From the NCBI GenBank assembly GCA_008369845.1, contig MRSU01005533.1, positions 1 through 64,000 of the forward strand: a DNA stretch of 64,000 nucleotides, in the 5' to 3' direction. The notes beneath the pieces were generated by a model, which made no database searches, had not been told where the DNA came from, and saw only the letters and a list, made by a program, of their open reading frames with translations. Source of the DNA: Trichomonas gallinae. Its lineage: Eukaryota. Position 1 is the stretch's first letter, and each line of letters opens with the position of its first letter. Both the position numbers and the translations under genes were made by a program. Positions 21,423-32,107 of this stretch are shown piece after piece.

Positions 21423-22133
21423 ATGCTTTGTTTGTGTAATCTGATATGTTTACGCAGGCCACCATATATGAGCCGTCCAATGCTTGGAGAAACAACTAAG
21501 CAAATGCTAAAGCGCTTATATGCTGCCCATAAAACTTACGATTATACAAGATCAAAAATTATATTGTATAACGAAGTTGAATGCGAGAATGACCGTATAG
21601 AGCTTGTCTATGTATCAAATGACTACAATTGGAGATGCCATCAGACTGTTTCTGTTTCTGCTGTTGATGTTAACGCAGAACATGTTGTTCCTCAGAGTGT
21701 TTTTGCTCAAAAACTTCCAATGAAGTCTGATTTACACCATCTCTTCGCCTGCCCATCAAAGATCAACAATAAGAGAGGAAATTATCCTTATACTGAAGTT
21801 GATTACAATCAATGCAAGTATTGGTGCAATGCAAACCAGTGCCAGACAAACAAGCCATCAAATCCATCCAACTATTCATGCATAACACCTGATAACAAGT
21901 TCATGCCTTTGGACCAAGATAAGGGAAGAGTCGCTAGGGCCATTTTCTACTTCTATACGATGTATGATCAGTACGACATTAACGCAAAGTTCGATGTTTC
22001 GCTCCTTAAGAAATGGAACAACCGATTCCCACCAAATAGTTTCGAAATTCGCAGAAACAATCGCGTTAACCAGACACAAGGCAACCGCAACCCATATATC
22101 GATGATTTTACTCTCGTCGATAAAGCATTTTAA
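21423..22133 (+). CDS. Endonuclease I family (EndA/Bsn-like His-Me finger) secreted nuclease
   Basis: Motifs NAEHVVPQS, DLHHLFAC, INNKRGNYPY, KGRVARAIFYF, QGNRNPYID; short hydrophobic/Cys N-terminus. Confidence 0.9.
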   Translation: MLCLCNLICLRRPPYMSRPMLGETTKQMLKRLYAAHKTYDYTRSKIILYNEVECENDRIELVYVSNDYNWRCHQTVSVSAVDVNAEHVVPQSVFAQKLPMKSDLHHLFACPSKINNKRGNYPYTEVDYNQCKYWCNANQCQTNKPSNPSNYSCITPDNKFMPLDQDKGRVARAIFYFYTMYDQYDINAKFDVSLLKKWNNRFPPNSFEIRRNNRVNQTQGNRNPYIDDFTLVDKAF

Positions 22134-22797
22134 GTGAAAATAATAGTTTCATTATAAAACAATTACTTTCCATCAGTTTTGTGCTTTTTCATTCTTTCCT
22201 TTCAGATATACATAGCTAGTATTTAGATCAAAATACTCGAAAAATGGATTTATTATATCGAATTAAAAATAATATGGAAATATCCAAAATTAGCCAAGTA
22301 ATTTGCTAATTTTTCCTCTAGGTGATAATTTTTTATACGAGATTTTATGCATTTCAATAGAATTAGGAAATTGAAATCGTGAATTTAGTTAATAGGACAA
22401 TGATCGATAAATTGAAATCAGGAATGCAATGGAAAATTCGTTGTAGATGATGAATATGATTGGATGATGCTTAGAAAACAAAATAATATCGACCCATCAT
22501 TATTAATTGAATGTCAGATCTTAGTGTGAATAAAATAATACTTTTTAAAAGGTAGATAGGCTAATTTTTGATTATCAAAGTACAAATGAAAAACAATGAA
22601 AAATAAAATTTGAAAAATAATCTAGAAAAATCATAAAAAGGCCATAATTAACTAGAATAGACAACAAAAATAGTTGTTAAATGATTAAAATGGCCAGAAT
22701 AATTTTTTCAAAAAAATCCTATAAATGGCCGCGACAAATATTTTTTTACAAAAGTGTCAAAATTTTAGCAAATTTTAAAAATTTAAAATCATTTTTT

Positions 22798-23409
22798 ATG
22801 GAAGGCAATGTTAGCGAGTATTATGCGATGCTCAGTGATGGTGACAAAGCTGAGTACAATGCACTGAGGCAAAATTTAACTTCTTCTGAGTGCAGGAACT
22901 GCAGGCACAAAAGATTAGAAAATTTTAACGATATGTTACAAAGAATTCGCAATTTCATCAATAAATCAGACGGTGAAGATTGGAAAAGAGCATTAGTTTG
23001 TGGTGTTTGCTGGATTAGTGATGGAATTGCGATCAATACTCATCAGCTTTCTTATTTATTAGGAAAGTGTAAAAGTTCGATCAATGGTTCCCTTCACAAG
23101 CTCCAGTACTCCCCATTTCCTTCCAGTAATCAGGCATCCAAAGAACTAATGGAAATCATTCCACGTTTGAAAGCAAATTACGCGGAGTTGAGACAATGGA
23201 CACTGCGCAAACACGTCATAATGACTCCTCAGCCTAATATGGCACATGAAGTGACGCCAACATCATTGACTCCAATACCGCAAATCGATTATGGAAACAC
23301 GCAATTCGCTGTTCCTCCATCTACAGAGACTGTTTCATCTGTTGGTGAAACATTCTATGATGATGATTACATGCTTCCTTTCACCCAGTGGGGTTCTTTT
23401 GATGATTAA
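22798..23409 (+). CDS. Initiator-binding-domain (IBP39-like IBD) transcription factor
   Basis: DWKRALVCGVCW...IAINTHQLSYLLGKCKSSINGSL...ELRQWTLR; ATG 22798 directly follows the initiator-like TCATTTTTT, so it is preferred over 22681. Confidence 0.9.
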   Translation: MEGNVSEYYAMLSDGDKAEYNALRQNLTSSECRNCRHKRLENFNDMLQRIRNFINKSDGEDWKRALVCGVCWISDGIAINTHQLSYLLGKCKSSINGSLHKLQYSPFPSSNQASKELMEIIPRLKANYAELRQWTLRKHVIMTPQPNMAHEVTPTSLTPIPQIDYGNTQFAVPPSTETVSSVGETFYDDDYMLPFTQWGSFDD

Positions 23410-23959
23410 TGTTTTTATTTTAGAGTATAGAGATATATTTATACAAGATTATGTATGATTTTTCGTTGTATTAGTTGTAAAGTGTTGATTATGACTTAAT
23501 ACTTGCTTATTTGTGTTGATTATTGAATCTGAGGAATATTAATTTCCTTACTTGAGTTTGAAATTTGAATTGTAAGCTTGTGACCATGTAAACAATCTAA
23601 TGTATGAAATGCAAAAAGGAAACATGTAAATTTTGGAAAATTGATATTGATAAAAAATTTATAATATTTTCATGAAATTTGGAAAATCTAGAGAAACAAA
23701 TAAGAAAAATCAAAAATTAAACAATCAGAATTATAGCATAATACAAGTGCATTCCATACATGCTGTTTCAATGAAGGCATCGATGAATCACGAAAATATT
23801 AATAAAAAAAAAAATCAATGAAAATTGAGTAACTTAATGAAAAATATGGCTCAATCAGCTAGAAACACATAATTTATGCGTATGATATAGATATAAAAGT
23901 CACTTGAATTTGTATATTTATTATTCTCTATAACTATAAAAAATTTGAGAGTTTGAATA

Positions 23960-24032
23960 GCCTGCGTAGCATAGTGGTTAGTGCGTGCGCCTTGTAAGCG
24001 CAAGGTCGCCGGTTCAACTCCGGTCGTAGGCA
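23960..24032 (+). tRNA. tRNA-Thr (anticodon UGU)
   Basis: Acceptor GCCTGCG/CGTAGGC, anticodon arm TGCGC-CTTGTAA-GCGCA, T-arm GCCGGTTCAACTCCGGT, oligo-T downstream. Confidence 0.95.
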
Positions 24033-24294
24033 AAACATTTTTTATTTTTTGATTTGGTTTTTATTTAACATATGTTCCTTATCACTAATAATGCAAGAAG
24101 AATAAAGTTTAACGTTGATTATTTTCAACTGAAAAGGTTATTTGCCAAAATTTAAAATCTATAATAAAAACAGCTACAGAGTAATGATGAAAGCTTTTGA
24201 GAGAATAAATTGCTTTCAAAAATTTGTGGGCAGTTCCGCTAATTAAAAATTTATAACCGGTTATTATTAATTCAAAAAATAAACAAAGAAGGGT

Positions 24295-24813
24295 TTACAA
24301 AGATTTGGGGTTCAATAATGAATCGATAGAATAAGCCGCAGGACAAGATTCATGGTCAGAAGAGTTGTTATCATCGCTAACATCTCTGTATTTGTTTCTA
24401 AGGACTGTATACCACCTGTTTTTGACTGAGCAGGATGTTCTGCCTGGCAATTGCAAGGCTATTTGTGTCCATCTGTTGCCAATCTTCTTTTTCTGTTCGA
24501 AGATGAGCTCATCTTCCCATTTTTCGAAGTGAGTCTTCTTTAATTCTGGTTGTAATCTATACATCCATCTCTCTCTGCACTGTTTTGGTGTTCTTCCCCT
24601 AACACTCTTAGCTACTACATCCCACAGTACTGGGGATGACATAGAAACAGCTCTTCTTAAGCATTCATCTTCTTCGATAGACCAAGGACCTTTAACACAG
24701 TAAGGTTTCTTCTCTGAAACATCCTGCTGTACGGGAATATACATGGGTTGGATCGGTTGAATGTAAGTTGGAACATATCCGTTGTAGTTATAAGAATATA
24801 CGGGATAGTGCAT
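24295..24813 (-). CDS. R2R3 Myb transcription factor
   Basis: KGPWSIEEDECL...W...GRTPKQCRERW; WEDELI...GNRWTQIA...GRTSCSVKNRW; first ATG at 24813 (MHYPVY). Confidence 0.93.
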   Translation of the reverse strand: MHYPVYSYNYNGYVPTYIQPIQPMYIPVQQDVSEKKPYCVKGPWSIEEDECLRRAVSMSSPVLWDVVAKSVRGRTPKQCRERWMYRLQPELKKTHFEKWEDELIFEQKKKIGNRWTQIALQLPGRTSCSVKNRWYTVLRNKYRDVSDDNNSSDHESCPAAYSIDSLLNPKSL

Positions 24814-27479
24814 TAATAAAAAAATAACTTTGTTTGCTTTACAAAGTATCTCAAATATTTGAATCGATCCCCGCTGATTCAATACTCAACCCCTATCGTA
24901 TTTATCAAAAAATAATGATTAAATTCAACATCGTTATATATTTATAGATAATTATAAATAACCGATTTTGTTTTTAAATCAAGTATTCAAAAATATTAAA
25001 AAACCCTTTAATTTTTAATCGTAGACATGCTATTTTTGGGGTGTGTATTAAATATTTAACAAATTTGATCCAAATCATGCAAAAAGTGACATGTTTTTTA
25101 TTTATATCAATCAAAATACGACAATGTATTGAATATTTTATTAATTTGCACGGGCAATTGATTATTTGTAGGGTAGCTGGTCACCTGCGATATGATAATA
25201 CAGCTCTATTGCTGATAGTTTTGTCGAAAAAATAAATTTAATAGCTGAAAAATACGTTATGTGGATTAAATCAATTATATTACAGCTGCACACTTCTATC
25301 CGATTGATATACTTCGTTTCACAAAGTCAGTTCGTGTATGTAACCAATCTCAATAATATATATCAAACCTTGAGCCCATTTAGAAGAAAATATATATATG
25401 GAATACTGTAACCATTAAAATTATACCGTTTAGATGACATATTAATGCTAAAATTCTGATAAAATAGTTGCAGATTGGCCACTATTTGTGAACAGCGACT
25501 ATCAAACATAAGGAATATATGTCTTACATCTATTTAATACCAGTACAAATGTTGAAACATTAATTTGCCGTTCTGAACGAATATAATATAGGTTATTTTA
25601 TGTAATATTGTCAGTTATTCTAAAATTAATGAACACAGCTGTATATTGAAGATTATCAGGGAGAAATCCGTTCATTATTCGTATTCATTATAGTTCTATT
25701 CAAACGATTGTATTAACTCAAATTTGATTGTCACTTTTAATAAAATCATTTTCCGATTTTATTACAAAATGTGTAGCTATATAATATAAATAATATTAAA
25801 TTGAATACGTGTCAAATGTTTGTCAGATATTTCTTTAGAAACCTGGACTAAATAACGTGCAGGAGGGCGTTGGTTATTTAGACTGATATTCAAGATATAT
25901 ATTATGTAGGGTGTTTGTATCCAATATTTGCGTTTACTCCGAAAGTTTTCGTCGCAAGAATTTGAGAAAGATTTTATAAAATCAAGGACATTGTCAATTA
26001 TCAATCATCTTCAAAATCAAGCAAATCTTGTAGAATAACAAGAGATTTACTAGTATATGACTCTCATAGCTATCCTGCATCTATAACTTTAATCTTGGGA
26101 AAATTTTTATGGAAAAAATATATTTCGAGATGAAATAATTAAATGTTTTTATCTTCATTATATAACTATATGATTAGCTATAGACTTATATGAATATATC
26201 CAATAATCAATATTCATTAATTCCTCGTTTGCTAAAAAAAAAAATAAAATCATCTGAAATTGCATTTGTTACCGAGAATACAATATGATACTTCTTTATG
26301 AAATCATTTTCTTATACCAAATCTTTCGATTGTGTTTTTGTAGATATACAATTTTAGATAACATTGAAAAAAACGAGTTATTATCAATGATATGATTTAT
26401 GCATGCATTATTTCAGGTTTTCCTCTCTAAATTATCTGCCATATCCCAATATCACCAAAATCCAAAGATACACAAATTATTATCCCGGTTTATCTACTGT
26501 TGAGAAGAATGTTGCTCAAATAATGGTACAGTAATAGTTATAGTTCACGATGTGGAAAGCCAAACATGTATTTTTTTACATAAGAATCACGTTTGATATG
26601 TAAACTATTTACATGTCAGATATGATTAAAACAATAATATCGGGTAGATGTGGCTCTAAAGTGATTTCAATGGAATTTTATGGGAATATGGATGATATAC
26701 AATGGATTTACATGAATATTTTGAAAAGGTGATTTTAGAAAACGCTTTTGAATGTAACGATTATTTAATTTTTTGATAGATTTACGAATATTGAAAGTCA
26801 ATAAGAAATACTACAAAAATATATTGTAATTAATCATTATTTCTTCAATAATAAATTTATCGTTTTTTAATCGTTTTGATGTATATCTAAATTAACATGA
26901 GAAATATCCAGATTTATAACTTGCAGATAAAACTCCATAAAATTTGTGATTGGGTTGTAAAGGCAAAATAAAATTAAAATTTGTATTATTTATATTCATA
27001 CTTATGTTATGTTAACGTAAAATTTATTAACGTGCTGTGTCAAATATTTGTTTTTAATTTTCAAAGGATTCATAATTTTCTGATCATCTGTTTATTTTGA
27101 TGAAATCTTTATCATCACACTTCATGTTCCTTCATTGTATGCTACAATATTTAATTTTTTCTTTGTTTCGGGCAAAAAAATGGATAATGAACTTTTTTTG
27201 TCAGTAATTTTTACATCTTTAAGTTATAAATTATCTAATCATTATCTATATATTTTCTAATTTTATCATAAACTAATTTTCAATGTTTCACTGAAAATTT
27301 ATACTTTCAAATTTATTTTTAACTAATTGTAATATATTGATACTAATAATTCAAATTCAACTCAACAGCATCGAAGTTATCAAATTTTTATAAATGTTTT
27401 TAGAGATAATAACAAATAAATATCAATTTTATTTTCAAACCTTTTATTCTCTCAAACATCGGCAGTACAAAATTTTTAC

Positions 27480-28559
27480 ATGATTGCAAGAGGCGTGCGT
27501 CGACGGACAAGCTTACCAACTGTTCATAAACAGAGCTCTTCTTTATCACATGCGAAACTTAGATTGAACAGGCTTCCAAGCCTTCAAGTTCCAAGAGCAA
27601 CTGAATCACAATCGGCTCTAAAAATTGATGTTTGTATCATTATACACTCGAATTGGGGACATGAGCACACCATTGGATGCTCCGATATCAGTTTCTTTAC
27701 TTCTTCCAGTCAAAGATTAACTGTTCTGAAATCAAAATCCGAACCTTTCGATGAAAAGCAGGAAAATTTAAAGTTACTAACTACAGGCAACATGATCAAG
27801 AATGAGAATGATGAAATATGGACTCACGATTGGCCATTACCAGGAAAACTTCCTTTAACATTGAGATTTACCTTGGAAGGAAAGAAAAACATAGATTTTA
27901 TAAGGATATGGCCACCTACGGATGAACTTTTAGGCTTCAAGGATATCGATATCTATGTCAATAGCATATTTGTCTATCGTGGGCAGGTTGGAAAGTCATT
28001 TGGTTGTGATATTCCAATTAAGATTAATCCTTCGAAAATTTTGCACTCTCCATTGGAAGAAATTTACAAACCAACTGCAAGTGATGCATATGGTATCATC
28101 CCAATGCGACGTGTTAAGAACTTGATGATTTCATTTCCAAGAAAGAATGGATATGATAACTTATTTTCAATACATTCAATATCTGTATATACAGAAAATA
28201 TGAAAAGACTCAAGCCACAAGTCTTTAATGTTGAACTACAGAATTTGGTATCAGAACAAAAAGTTAATTCAGTTTTTGAAGAAAAGAAGAGCTATGAAAC
28301 AGAACTTTGGACAGCTAAAATCGAGGGTGGAGTTCCAGCTTTATCAATATCATTCCCAATTCCTCATTATATTAGCGCTGTTGCTATGTCGTGCTGCGCA
28401 GCTCGCTATTTCATCATTAGCTTGGATGGAGACAATGTTCACTTTGGAAAGCTTCCACAATACATTGCTAACTTTAATATTGATGTAAAGCCAGAAACAG
28501 TTATATACTTAACAGATCCAAGTGATGAAAACAGATTAACACAGGATATATTTGCATAA
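27480..28559 (+). CDS. KATNIP/DUF4457-like domain protein
   Basis: IIIHSNWGHEHTIGCSDISFF, FIRIWP, KDIDIY...YRGQV resemble the KIAA0556/DUF4457 repeat. Confidence 0.65.
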   Translation: MIARGVRRRTSLPTVHKQSSSLSHAKLRLNRLPSLQVPRATESQSALKIDVCIIIHSNWGHEHTIGCSDISFFTSSSQRLTVLKSKSEPFDEKQENLKLLTTGNMIKNENDEIWTHDWPLPGKLPLTLRFTLEGKKNIDFIRIWPPTDELLGFKDIDIYVNSIFVYRGQVGKSFGCDIPIKINPSKILHSPLEEIYKPTASDAYGIIPMRRVKNLMISFPRKNGYDNLFSIHSISVYTENMKRLKPQVFNVELQNLVSEQKVNSVFEEKKSYETELWTAKIEGGVPALSISFPIPHYISAVAMSCCAARYFIISLDGDNVHFGKLPQYIANFNIDVKPETVIYLTDPSDENRLTQDIFA

Positions 28560-29490
28560 TATTCTTGTGAATATAAGCAATTTTTATTTTTCAATTTAAT
28601 ATTTTGTTTTTTGTTATATTGTTGCGCTAACATGGATTAAAAATTATATATGCATTAACTAATTCAATTATTATATTTAGTATTGAAGCCATTTACACCA
28701 AAACGAAAAAAAAAATATTCATATGAAAAATATTTTAATGTAATCTGAAGTTATAAAACGGGAAATCGATAGTATTTTCAAGAATAAATCTCGAATTTGA
28801 TACTACTTCAAAATGTTTCAAAGTAAATATAAAAATCTAAATCTTTACGAAACATCTGTGTTTATATGTATTAATTGATATAAATTTAAATGCTTTGATA
28901 TTGCAGCATGATTACAAAATTCAAATTACGATTCAAATTATTTTGTTGAAGGTTCTCGAATGAACTGATTTCATATTAGTAATCTTCATTATCATTTTAA
29001 ATGATAAATAAATTGTTAAAATAATATTATTGTACGCATTAAAAATTAGATTCCAATAGAACCATTGAATGATGAACATAGAAAAGAATCAAATATTTAT
29101 AATATAATGAACTCGAATGCATATGATTCAATCAAAATAAAAATCGAATTTGAATTGCAAATGCGTAGGTGTTAATTGGTGATACAATTATTATTGATTC
29201 TAATAATGATTAGTTTTATAATATATCGAAAGATATTTGATATTTAATAGATTGAATTGGTTGGTTCTTTAATGTTTGTGTATTGACAATTTAGGCTTTG
29301 TATGTTAATAGCAATGACTGCATTAAAAGAGGATGTAAGGATAATTTCTTTTCCAACTGAAAAACCTGAAATGAAAATCATTCAATATAAACGTGCTAAA
29401 AATTTGACACACAAAAACCTTATTCTAAGTAAAGTTGTCAAATGAAAATAACCATATATCGAATAATTAATCGATTAAAATGATTTTAAC

Positions 29491-29550
29491 ATTCTTTCAC
29501 GCCCGTTATATTTTACAAAATTTTCAATTGATATACGGGCGTGAAAGAAT
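29491..29550. repeat. Perfect 16-bp inverted repeat with 28-nt spacer
   Basis: ATTCTTTCACGCCCGT (29491-29506) and ACGGGCGTGAAAGAAT (29535-29550). Confidence 0.95.
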
Positions 29551-29952
29551 CCGAAAATATTGTAAAAATCATTATTTAATATATTATTATTTTCATTTCT
29601 GAAATTAATAATTTTGAATGAAAAATTATCGTAGTTTACATAATCAAAAATTTTTGACGCATAAAAAAGCAGATCTCAATATAGAATAACTAAAAATGCT
29701 TATTTGATAATATATGTACAAAAATGGCTCTGGTGAATATTTTGTCGGTATTAAATTGTCACTTTTTAAAATTTTCAATGTCACTTTTATGATTTTGATT
29801 CGCATCATCGCATATATGTTGTATATGCTATAAATAACACTATTTAGCGAGAAAATAATTTGCGTTAGAATTTGCTCTCAAAAATCTGAACGCGTTATAA
29901 TTTTGCATTGAAAAACTTGTGATTCTTAAAGATTCATTTTTCTTGACGGATA

Positions 29953-30567
29953 ATGGAAATGAAAGACTGCTCTAGATACGGCATCTCTCCACGCAGCCTC
30001 CCAAAGCAGAAGTTCACTGAGGCAGACGACCAGAAGCTTATTTCAGTTGTCAATCAAATTGGAACGAAGAATTGGCAGGAAGTAGCGCAGATGATGGGCG
30101 ATAGAAACGCTAGACAATGCAAGGAACGCTGGGAGAACTACTTATCTCCAGATATTAACAGAGATCCATGGACACAGGAAGAAGACGACCTTCTTATCGA
30201 AAAGCAGAAGGAAATTGGCTCAAGATGGGTTACAATAGCGAAGTTCTTTAACCACAGAACAGATGCTGCCGTAAAAAATAGATTCCAAATGCTTGAAAGA
30301 AAGCAGAGAAAATTGGAAAAGAAGGGAATAACAATAACTAGAAAGCAAAAGGTACATTACGAAAGCCCTAATCCTGAGATTAAGCTAAAAGAGGTTCCAG
30401 TTCAGCAGGAACAGCCACACATCATTCTCAAGGAAATTCCAATGCAGCAAAACGTTGAATTCATCGAAGATTCACAGTTCTCTATGTTCGAGTCATACGA
30501 AGATCAGTTCTCTGACCCATACCAGGGTGTTGATGACATTTGGACCTTCGACATCCAGGCTTTTTAA
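29953..30567 (+). CDS. R2R3 Myb transcription factor
   Basis: KFTEADDQKL...NWQEVA...RNARQCKERWENYL; PWTQEEDDLL...RWVTIAKFF..RTDAAVKNRF; acidic C-terminus. Confidence 0.93.
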   Translation: MEMKDCSRYGISPRSLPKQKFTEADDQKLISVVNQIGTKNWQEVAQMMGDRNARQCKERWENYLSPDINRDPWTQEEDDLLIEKQKEIGSRWVTIAKFFNHRTDAAVKNRFQMLERKQRKLEKKGITITRKQKVHYESPNPEIKLKEVPVQQEQPHIILKEIPMQQNVEFIEDSQFSMFESYEDQFSDPYQGVDDIWTFDIQAF

Positions 30568-31008
30568 TTTATTTTAGGCTTTGTTCTTCATTCTCATAAA
30601 TATATGTTTGTGCTTTCATATACTTTCTATTTCCAAGTCGATTGGCGACAACTCTCAACTTTGAAAAGATCAAATAATCGCTCATTTTTTAAAGTCATAA
30701 TCGCGGCCACAGATTAACATATAACCAAGATTTCCCACGTAATTTTGTAGTCTTGGGGCTTTATCTTTGAGAAAAAAATTAAGCGAAAAAATGAATTGCG
30801 TTAATTTGAGTTCTAAAACCGTGATCAGCTTTCTTATGTGAAAATGTATATGAATTAGATGTGAAAATGAAAGATTGCCACATATATTATGCGAGCATAT
30901 CAAATATGCGAGGAAATTGCAAAATTTCAACATCATATGATAATTCGCTTGTTATTAATATTCTGATTGAGCTAATGCGAGATTCTCCAAAATAGCCCCT
31001 CAATATAC

Positions 31009-31469
31009 TTTTGTCATGTAAATTAAAATTCAGGAGTTCAAATATCATGACAGCATTTTCTCAACATCAGCATGTTCTTGTAATAATTACTTGGGCTTGT
31101 TGAGTATGATTGAACACATGTTTATTGCATTCACACGATGAATATAAATTTTTTGACGCATAATTTTGATTTTTTGACATGTAAATATTTTTGCAATCAA
31201 GATGTTCGACAAGATGCAAGCCCTATTCTTAATTTGTGAGGTTAACGCAATGATAGTGGCACACCCTAATCTTGTCGAATATCTGGGTAATGTTAAATAA
31301 TATGTGATAACATGTGATCAGCATTAGTGCAAGATAATGAATTACATTTCTATAGATTGGCGATTAGAGAAAGTTTTGATACATATTACATTTTTGTCAT
31401 GTAAAGAAACATATTATATTGCCATGTACCTAAAATATTGACATGTAATGTATTATTTTTGACATGTAA
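31009..31469 (+). promoter_or_regulatory. Cluster of six TTTTGWCRYGTAA-type motifs upstream of ATG 31495
   Basis: Copies at 31009, 31151 (TTTTGACGCATAA variant), 31172, 31392, 31438 and 31457, all on the coding strand. Confidence 0.65.
31200..31284. repeat. 16-bp inverted repeat (one G-T pair), 53-nt spacer
   Basis: AGATGTTCGACAAGAT (31200-31215) and ATCTTGTCGAATATCT (31269-31284). Confidence 0.9.
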
Positions 31470-31494
31470 TGTGTAATGCGCTCCAAAAGTGACA

Positions 31495-31773
31495 ATGTCT
31501 AACGAGACTTCGGATTTTGATCAACTTACTGATCCAATTCCGGAAGTTTTGATCATTGAGCAACATTCGGACGAAGAAAACCAGGAGAATGACGAAGAGG
31601 AAGAAACACAAATGTCTGAAATCCCAGATTCGTCAGTCTTAGCGACAAAAGTTTATGTTGAAGAAAAAGATGATCAAAGACAAAAAGAAAACATGTCTGA
31701 AAAGAAACCCATCGAAAAAACACCATCTCAACAACGTTTGAACAGCCCATCTGCATGCTGTTTATTAATTTAA
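31495..31773 (+). CDS. Small acidic protein with C-terminal CaaX-type motif (CCLLI)
   Basis: 92 aa, Glu/Asp-rich, ends SACCLLI; ATG follows AAAAGTGACA. Confidence 0.75.
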   Translation: MSNETSDFDQLTDPIPEVLIIEQHSDEENQENDEEEETQMSEIPDSSVLATKVYVEEKDDQRQKENMSEKKPIEKTPSQQRLNSPSACCLLI

Positions 31774-32107
31774 TTTTTATTTCAGTTAATTTTGCCGTAC
31801 GTGGAACGTCCGCAAAGTACACTCGACAAATTTTTACAACAATGCATGTTATCGTTTGTTATCAACAAAAAGTATTGATCTCGATTATGATACTTGCATA
31901 ATTGACCAAATTTTGGTATAGATACTCATTAATAATGACAATATAATCATTTTTTAATCGAAAAATTACTAGATTTCACTAGTTTTAGATTGATGAAAGA
32001 TAATTTCATCGATTTAGCCATTTGGTTAATATATTTATAAAGATAGTTTAGTAATTAACAAGATAATATAGAATAAACAGTTTAAAACATAATAATTTTT
32101 CAAAAAA

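Noticed and set aside
22446..22520. Box C/D snoRNA (ATGATGA)
   Set aside because: No CTGA box D or terminal stem at a suitable distance
23851..24033. 60-aa ORF MPTTGVEPATLRL
   Set aside because: Antisense shadow of tRNA-Thr
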